From the human T2T-CHM13v2.0 reference genome, Homo sapiens, in assembly GCA_009914755.4 (NCBI GenBank), contig CP068257.2:15936001-16000000 (forward strand): DNA of 64,000 nt. The letters run 5' to 3'. The translations under genes were made by a program, and so were the position numbers. The notes under the pieces were generated by a model. It did no database searches. It was not told the DNA's origin and worked only from the letters and a program-made list of their open reading frames with translations. Every line of letters begins with the position of its first letter. Within the stretch, counting starts at the first letter, position 1. Positions 56,566-64,000 of the stretch are shown in pieces.

Positions 56566-56650
56566 TCCCTCCCTCCCTCCCTCCCTCCTTCCCTTCCTTC
56601 CTTCCTTCCTTCCTCCTTTCCTTTCTTCCTCCCTTCCTTCCCTTTTCCCA
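56566..56650. repeat. Pure polypyrimidine/polypurine (CCCT/CCTT)n mirror-repeat tract, ~85 bp
   Basis: The sequence ccctccctccctccctccctccttcccttccttccttccttccttcctcctttcctttcttcctcccttccttccc contains no purines on the plus strand. Confidence 0.9.
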
Positions 56651-56734
56651 GATAATTTTTTTAAAAAGAAAAATTGGGCCATGTTGTTTGCTCACTTAAA
56701 ATGTTTCAATACTTCTCATTATAAATCAAATACA

Positions 56735-57056
56735 GCCAGGCGTGGTGACTCGCGCCTGTAATCCCAACACTTTGGGGGGCCAAGGTGGGTGGATTGATAC
56801 CTGAGGTCAGGAGTTCCAAAACAGCCTGGCCAACACGGTGAAACCCTGTCTCTACTAAAAAACACAAAATTTAACCGGGTGTGGTGGCACAATCTGTAGT
56901 TCGAGCAACTCAGCAACTCAGGAGGCTGAGGTGGGAGAATTGCTTGAACCTGGAGGTGGAGGTTGCAGTGAGCTGAGCGAGATCTCACCACTGCACTCCA
57001 GCCTAGACGACAGAGCGAGAACCTGTTTCAAAAATAAATAAATAACTAAAAAGAAA
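56735..57056 (+). mobile_element. Alu (AluS-like) with 12-bp target-site duplication AAATCAAATACA
   Basis: Starts gccaggcgtggtgactcgcgcctgtaatcccaacactttgggg. Direct repeats lie at 56723-56734 and 57057-57068. Confidence 0.9.
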
Positions 57057-58014
57057 TAAATCAAATACAATTTTTTTTTTTTTTTGCTGCAGTTTATGAG
57101 GCCTGGTTTATCACTCCAATTTCATCTCATTTTATTCTGCCCTCTCCTTGCTGTGCTTCTGTTACTGGACATGTCAGATCCACAAACATATCTGCCTCTT
57201 TTGCTCTACTGCTTTGCACATGCTCTTTGCTCCTCCTGGGACATTTCCTCCAGCACATTGAATGGGCCAGCCCCTGCTCGTTCCTCACTTCTCAGGGGAC
57301 CTTTTAATAGATGACCAGCTAAGACATTACATATCAACGTTTATGTTTACTAATTTATTGTTTATTTCCCCCTGTGATATAAAGTTTCACAGCCACAGAA
57401 ACCTTGCCAGTTTGGTCACTATTGTATATCTGTTAGTAGTATGTTTGGCATGTCATCATAATCTGATGAACTAGATACTGTTATTATCAATAGGAACTGA
57501 AGCCCAAGGCTCAGAAATGGCACAGCCACACTGGAATCCAGGTTCTCGGACTCCAGAAGCAATATTCGTATTTGCCCTGCTCTGGATGATTTAGCAAAAG
57601 AGGGAAAGGATGCATCGGTTGAGTGTGTCATAGTTAATTGAGAAAGGACTCCATGAAGGCAAGGCCACTTGAGCAGGGCCTTGAGTGATGCATATGCATA
57701 CATTTTGTCAGATGGTGATTGAAAAAAAGGGTATTACAGGTGGTGGGAAGAGTGTGAACAGAAATAGAGTTGAGAAAGCACTTGTACAGTCTAAGAATAG
57801 TGAGTAATTGTAGAATAGGTTGTGGAGGATTTAAAACTGGAAAGGTAGGTTGCATCATTCTGTAGGTAATTAGAAGACATTAACATTGTTTTGTGAAGAG
57901 GAGACTCCATCTGTGCTTTAGAAAGCTAAAGCTGCACAGGCAAAGTGTGAGGAGTCAGATGTTGGTCTTGAACAAATCGTATATATACCTAGAATATCAT
58001 TTTACTTATTTATA

Positions 58015-58150
58015 AAATGGAAGCTGAGTGCAATGGCTCACAACTGTGATCCCAACACTTTGGGAGGCTGACATGGGAGGACTGCTTGAGGCTAGGATTT
58101 TAAGACCAGCCCAGGCAACAGAGTGAGCCCCTTTCTCACAAAAAGTAAAA
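58015..58150 (+). mobile_element. Alu left-monomer (FLAM-like) element
   Basis: Contains ggaagctgagtgcaatggctcacaactgtgatcccaacactttgggaggctgacatgggaggactgcttgaggctaggattttaagaccagcccaggcaacagagtgagcccc. Confidence 0.75.
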
Positions 58151-58441
58151 AATAAATACAATTTGAAAGATGAGAATATAAATAACATCATGTTCATAGT
58201 TTTTGGTGAGAGTTAAATAAGATGATCATGTGAAAGTACTTTGCAAACTATAAAGCACTACACAAACATTAGCATTTTCATCATAAGTGTTCTGGGTGGT
58301 CCTGGGGTAGGGAGAGTGTACAAGTAGGCACATAGCCAGAGTAGTTGGGCAATGGCAGAGATCCAGGTAAAATGTGACCAAGGTCTAAAAGAGGATAAGA
58401 TAATAAGATAACATTGTCCACAAAATCAAGTTTAAGTAGGT

Positions 58442-60896
58442 TGTATTAGTCCATTCTTGCACTGCTGTAAAGAAACATCTGAGGCTAGGTAATTTACAAA
58501 TAAAAGAGGTTTAATTGGCACAGTTTTGCAGGCTGTACAGGAACCATAGCAACTTCTCCTTCTGGAGAGGCCTCAAGAAATTCACAATCATGGCAGAAGG
58601 TGAAAGAGAAGCAGGCACATCTTACATGACGTGAGCAGGAGGAAGAGAGAAGTGGGAGGTGCTACCCACATTTAAACAACCAGATCTCATGAGAACTCAC
58701 TATCATGAGAACAGCACTAGGGGAATGGTGCTAAACCATTAATGAGAAACCACCCCCATGATTCAATCACCTCCCACCACACCCCACCTCCAACATTGGA
58801 GATTACAATTTGACATGAGATTTGGGTGGGGACACAGATCCAAACCATATCATTCGCCCCTCGGCCCCTCCCAAATCTCATGTTCTTTTCACATTGCAAA
58901 ATATGATCATGGCTTCCCCACAGGCTCTCCAAAGTCTTCATTCATTTCAGCATTAACTCCAAAGTCTCAAATCCAAAGTCTCATCTGAAATCAGGCAAAC
59001 TCCTTCCACATATAAGCTTGTAAAATAAAAAACAAGTTAGTTACTTTCATGATACAATGAAGGTACAGGTATTGGGTAAATACTCCTGTTCCAAAAGGGA
59101 GAAATAGGCCAAAAGAAGGGGCTACAGGCCTCACAGAATTCCAAAACCCAGCAGAGCAGTAATTAAACCTCAGAGCTCCAAAATAATCTTTTGGACTCCA
59201 TGTCTCACATTCAGGTTATACTGGTGTAAGGGGTGGCCTCCCAAAGCCTTGGGCATCCCTGCCCCTGTGGTTTTACAGGGTTCAGCACCTGCAGCTGCTT
59301 TCATGGGCTAGCATTGAGTGCCTGAGCTTTTCCAGGCACACAGTGCAAGCTGTTGATGGCTCTACCATTCTGGGCTCTGGAGGATAATGGCCCTCTTATC
59401 ACAGCTCCACTAGTCAGTGCTCCAGTGGGGACACTGTGTGGGGGGCTACAACCCCACATTTCTCCTCTGCACTGCTGTAGTAGAGGATCTCTCTGAGGGC
59501 TCCACCCTGGCTACAGGCTTCAGCCCGGACAGCCAGGCTTTTTTGTACATCCTCTGAAATCTAGGCAGAGGATCCCAAGCCTCAATTCCTGCACTCTGTG
59601 CACCCGCAGGCTTAGCACCATGTGGAAGCCACCAAGACTTATGGTTTCCACCCTCTGAAGCAGTGACCCAAGCTGTACCTTAGCCCCTTTTAGCTAAGGC
59701 TGGAGCTGGAGAAGTTGGGATGCAAGGGGAGCAGGGTCCCGAGGCTGTGCAGGGCAGTGGGGCCTTGGGCCCAGCCCAGAAAATCATTCTTCCCTCCTAG
59801 GCCTCTAGGCTTGTGATGGGAGGATCTGCTGTGAAGGTCTCTAAAATGTCTTTGAGGCCTTTTCCACAGTGTTTTGGCTAACAGCACTTGGCTCTTTTTC
59901 ACTTATGCAAATTTCTGCAGCCTGCTTGAATTCCTCCCCTAAAAATGAGTTTTTCTTTTCTACCACATGGTCAGGCTCCAAATTTTCCAAACTTTTATGC
60001 TCTGCTTCCCTTGTAAATATAAGTTCCGATTTCAGGTCATTTCTTTGCTCACAAATATAAACAAAGGCTACTAGAAGCAACCAGGCCACATCGTGAATGC
60101 TTTGCTGCTTAGAAATTTCTTCCACCAGATACACTAAATCATCACTCTCAAGTTCAAAGTCCTACAGATCCCCAGAGCAGTGGCACAATCCAACCAAGCT
60201 CTTTACTAAAGCATAGCAAGAGTGACCTTTACTCCAGCTCCCAATAAGTTCATTATTTCCATCTGATACCCCCTTAGCCTGGACTTCATGTCCATATCAC
60301 TATTGGCATTTTGGTCACAACAATTTAACAAGTCTCTAGGAAGTTCCAAACTTTCCCTCATCTTCCTGTCTTCTTCTGAGCCCTGCAAACTGTTCCAACC
60401 TCTGCCCATTACCCGGTTCTAAAGCTGCTTCTGCATTTTCAGGTATCTTTATAGCAATGGCCCACTCCTTAGTACCAATTTTCTGTATTAGTCTGTTCTT
60501 GCGCTGCTATAAAGAAGTACCTGAGGGTGGGTAATTTATAAAGAAAAGAGGTTTACTTGGCTCACAGTTCTGCAGGCTGTCTGGGAAGCCTAGTGGCTTA
60601 TGCTTCTAAGGAGGCCTCAGGAAATTTACAATCATGGCAGAAGGTGAAGGGGAAGCAGGCACATCTTACAGAGCCCAGCAGAAGGAGGCTAGAGAGGTGG
60701 GAGGTGCTACACACTTTTAAACAATCAGATCTCATGAGAACTCACTCACTATCATGAGAACAGCACTAGTAGGATGGTACAAAACCATTCATGAGAAACC
60801 ACCCCCATGATCCAATCACCTCCCAACAGGCCCCACCTGGGAGGGCCCTCAATTTGACATGAGATTTGGGCAGCCACGCAGACCCAAACCATATCA
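58442..60896 (-). mobile_element. Complete ERVL-MaLR element (THE1/MST-type): LTR 58442-58852, internal region 58853-60483, LTR 60484-60896
   Basis: Both LTRs read, in reverse complement, as the THE1/MST LTR (tgatatggtttgg.tctg.gtcccacccaaatctcatgtcaaatt..., ending ..ggactaatacaa). They are about 411 and 413 bp with ~15-20% mutual divergence. The ~1.6 kb interior matches THE1-int/MST-int length. The flanks taggt and ggttt are not a clean target-site duplication. Confidence 0.75.
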
Positions 60897-61330
60897 GGTT
60901 TATATTCATAAAGCTCTTAGAAGATCACCTGGATGATAACTCAAAATAAGTGATTATATATACACATCAATCTATCCACCTATCCATCTATGTTTGCCAA
61001 GTAATAGAAATGCAAAAGACATTTAATGATGAAACCAATCAAGATTATATTCTTTATTATATGAAGGCCATTTGCAGAGAGGAAAGAATCAAGGTTAACA
61101 AAAAATTGTAACACAGAGTGCCTGGGAGAATGTTCATTAACTGAGATAGGGAAGAAACAACAGTTTTTAGAAAAGATTAAGACTTACTTTGAAGATGATA
61201 GCTTGTCTATAAAAAACACATATCAAGTGTTCAAAAGCTTGTTGAAAATGGAGACATAATATACAGGATGGAAGGAGCTCATGGTCAGAAGAATAGATCT
61301 TGGGATTTTTGCTTATAATTAAAGTATTTT

Positions 61331-61658
61331 GTTGTTGTTTTTTTGTTTTGTTTGAGATGGGGCCTCGCTCCATCACCCAGGCTGGAGTGCAGTGGAACCA
61401 TCAGGGCTCACTATAGCCTCAATTTCCCAGGCTTAACTGATTCTTTCATCTCAGCCTCCCCAGTAGCTGAGACTATGTGTGCACCACCACACCCAGCTAA
61501 CTGTTTTTTTGTTTGTTTGTTTGTTTGTTTGTTTGTTTTGGTAGAGATAATGGCTCCCTATGTTGCATAAGCTAGTCTCAAACTCCTGGGCTCAAGTGAT
61601 CCTCCCACCTTGGCCTTTCAAAGTTCTGGGATTACAGGTGTGGGCCGCTATGCTCAGC
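61331..61658 (-). mobile_element. Alu with the internal A-rich linker expanded to (GTTT)n
   Basis: Contains gagatggggcctcgctccatcacccaggctggagtgcagtgg...cccagctaactg-(tttg)n-gtagagataatggctcc...ggtgtgggccgctatgctcagcc. Confidence 0.85.
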
Positions 61659-62029
61659 CTGGTTAGTTGAAGTTTTGGATCAGACTATCAAGAATAGAAA
61701 GAAAGCAGGTTAGAGAAAATGTTCAAGGGCAGACCCTTAGAGCTATGCTTCTCAAGCTTTACATGTACATGAATCATCTGAGCAGGTACTTAAAATTCAG
61801 ATCCTGGGATTCTGATTCAGCAGGTTCTTAGAAGGGGCCTGAGATGCCATATTTCTGACAAGCTTGCAGATCACTGCCATATTGTTAGTCCATGGCCACA
61901 GAGCAGCAAGTCCCTCCAACCTGGTGTACTGAGGCATGACTAGAAAATTCAGGGCCAGGGTGGAGTAGGAGTAAATGGAACTTGAGAATGCAATATAATT
62001 AATAAATGGAGAAGAAAGTTTCCAAAAAA

Positions 62030-62075
62030 GAAAAAAAGAGAGAGAGAGAGCAAGAGAGAGAGAGCTTCTTAGTGC
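62030..62075. repeat. (GA)n simple repeat
   Basis: Visible as aaagagagagagagagcaagagagagagagc. Confidence 0.8.
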
Positions 62076-63289
62076 AAGGACAATAATTGAAGTTGTTAAT
62101 TTTGGCAATTAAGCCAAAAGGTATAAATGGGAGAATAGTTTAAGTAGATGAAAGATGGAGGTCAGATTACACATAGCAGGTAGAAAAACTGAGCAGTGAT
62201 TGTAAACCAGCCAGTGGAAAATTCAGCAGAGAAAGAAAGATGGGTAGTGGCTGGTAGCTCAATAGGGTAGTAACTTTATGAGAAGTATTGCTTTTAGGAG
62301 CAAAAATACTCTAGTGGAGAAGAAAAGAGAAAGAAGAGAGGAGGACAGACAGAATATGCCCTAGAGAACAAAAGGAGGACTTAAATCCAATCACAGGCAA
62401 AAATTAGACTTGGAAAGAGGATAGGTGAAAAATACAGAGATGATTTCAAGCAGAGGAGAGGCTAGGAAATAGATACATTAATTTTCAATAATTTTATCTG
62501 CTGAGAGTGGGGTACAGAACTAAGACAGATGATTCAAGGAGCATAGAAAATATTTCTAATAGTCTTTCTGGGTGACATGACAAAAAACAAAGAAGAGTGA
62601 AATAAAGATGGCCCTACAGAATGAGGACACATTGAGGCTAGATAGCATGAATTCATAGTGATGCCAAATGGCACCATTACATGACTTTCTCAAGCAATGC
62701 ACAGATGCTTACAAATGAAACAGAAGTAGATGGCTGGGCTTATACAGGTGTTGGGAGATGGACAACACGAGAAAGTCATGCTGCTCACATTTTAATATCT
62801 TTGATTGTTGCTTCACAGTTGGGTAAAGAGCCAAGTGAAACCAGGAGAGAGGGAAGAATCAGTGGTTCAAAGCAACGTGATACAGAAGAATGAACACCAG
62901 ACGGATAGACTGAGAACCAGGAGACTTAGGTTCCAATTCCAGTTCCACTTTCTAGATGGCTGACTTTGTCCCTTCACCTTCATAATAAAAGTGTTGACGT
63001 AAATCAGTTAAAAACCTTGGCTATGCATAGAATTGCCTGGGGATGTTTATACAATATTATTCCTGGTCCCTATTTTAGAACAACAAAATCAGATTAGGAG
63101 ATGTCAACTGGATATCTATGTTTTTAAAGCATGTCAGGTGATTTCTATTAGATAGCCAGGGTTGAGGACAACTAGGAAAGATGATCTCTAAAGTTTATTT
63201 TTCTTTCTAGTCTTTTTTAGATTCTCCAAGAAAGACAATGGTAAGACCAGAGGCAAAATCAAATTCAGTAATAGTGGATATCCTTAGTC

Positions 63290-63640
63290 CATTAAGGCTG
63301 CTATAACAGAATAAACTGGTTGCCTCATAAACAACATAAATTTATTTCTCACAGTTCTGGGGCCTGAGAAGTTCAAGAGGAAGGTGCTGGCAGATTTGAT
63401 GTCTAGTGAGAGCCCACTTCCTGGTTCATAGATGCTGCCTTTTTGCTGTGTCCTCATGTGATAGAAGAGGTCAGGAGGCTCTCTAGGGTCCCTTTTATAA
63501 GGTCACTAATCCCATTCATGAGGGCTTCTCCCTATGGCCTTATCACCTCCCAAAGGTACCACCTCTAAATACTACCACATTGGGGATTAGGCTTCAACAT
63601 ATGAATTTTGGGGGACATAAACATTCAGTCAAGTGCAGTG
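63290..63640 (+). mobile_element. Ancient interspersed repeat of the ..tttatttctcacagttctgg..gggattaggcttcaacatatgaattttggggg type (family uncertain)
   Basis: Matches a very common old human repeat consensus (..gctgctataacagaataaactgg.tgcctcataaacaacataaatttatttctcacagttctgggg..., ..ccacattggggattaggcttcaacatatgaattttgggggacataaacattcagtc). Confidence 0.5.
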
Positions 63641-63794
63641 AGTGATAAGAAATGTTGAAAAAATAGATCAGAAAGTGCAATGTCAGGGCAATGATGAGGT
63701 TGGGGGAAAGGCCTTTTATGTGGGTGGCGAACACTACCTAGGGTTAAATGCTGTGGCAGCACAGAAATAGATTTTATTCTTTTTCCATGAAGAA

Positions 63795-64000
63795 CTTATA
63801 GAGTTCAGATGTCCCTTCCAAATCTCATGCTGGGATGTAATCCCCAGTGTTGGAAATGGGGCCTGGTGAGAAGTGTTTGGCTCATGGGGGTGAATTTCTC
63901 ATGAATGGCTTGAGCCATCTCCTTGGTAATAAGTGAGCTCTCACTCTGAGCTCACATGAAATCTCGTCGTTTAAAAATGTGTGGCACCTCCCCCCCACAC
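63795..64000 (+). mobile_element. ERVL-MaLR LTR (MST/THE1-like) 5' part, truncated by window end
   Basis: Matches ccaaatctcatgctgggatgtaatccccagtgttggaaatggggcctggtgagaagtgtttggctcatggggg..tcatgaatggcttgagccatc. Confidence 0.7.

Noticed and set aside
56566-56650. The (CCTT)n tract, (GTTT)n arrays at 949 and 61505, and other direct repeats as possible CRISPR-like arrays or prokaryotic features.
   Set aside because: The sequence is unmistakably primate nuclear DNA (Alu, L1, MIR, CpG depletion). The repeats are microsatellites and Alu tails without spacer-repeat architecture. No prokaryotic-style system exists here.

Overview
This window is primate (human-type) nuclear genomic DNA, not a prokaryotic locus: it is AT-rich and CpG-depleted, with a single ~1.8 kb CpG island. 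Roughly half of it is interspersed repeats, so operon, CRISPR or defence-system calls do not apply. The repeats comprise about 34 Alu copies (several with clear target-site duplications), 5 L1 fragments, MIR fragments, a Tigger1 DNA transposon carrying three nested Alus, several ERVL-MaLR LTRs, and a complete LTR-internal-LTR MaLR element. The one promoter-like region is the CpG island at about 30.69-32.48 kb. Its left edge carries a perfect CRE (TGACGTCA) 8 bp upstream of a TATTTAAAA box when read on the minus strand, and the island also contains GC-boxes and an E2F-like site. Downstream of it on the minus strand, two exons have convincing splice sites and are in phase with each other: an internal exon at 17632-17839 and a terminal exon at 13113-13352 ending in a TAA stop. 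Together they encode an acidic Ser-rich segment (SGSSSSDEETSKE) followed by a proline-rich C-terminus that I cannot assign to a known protein. Two further short protein-like segments lie on the minus strand at 2465-2643 and 3346-3492. Other structural points: a pure polypyrimidine (CCTT/CCCT)n tract of about 85 bp, an inverted Alu pair 60 bp apart, a tandem 163-bp duplication inside an L1M 3' end, and a cluster of TGTAACAT/ATGTTACA palindromes. All calls are made by eye from the sequence and from remembered repeat consensi. Gene identity, repeat subfamily names and exact boundaries need BLAST or RepeatMasker confirmation.
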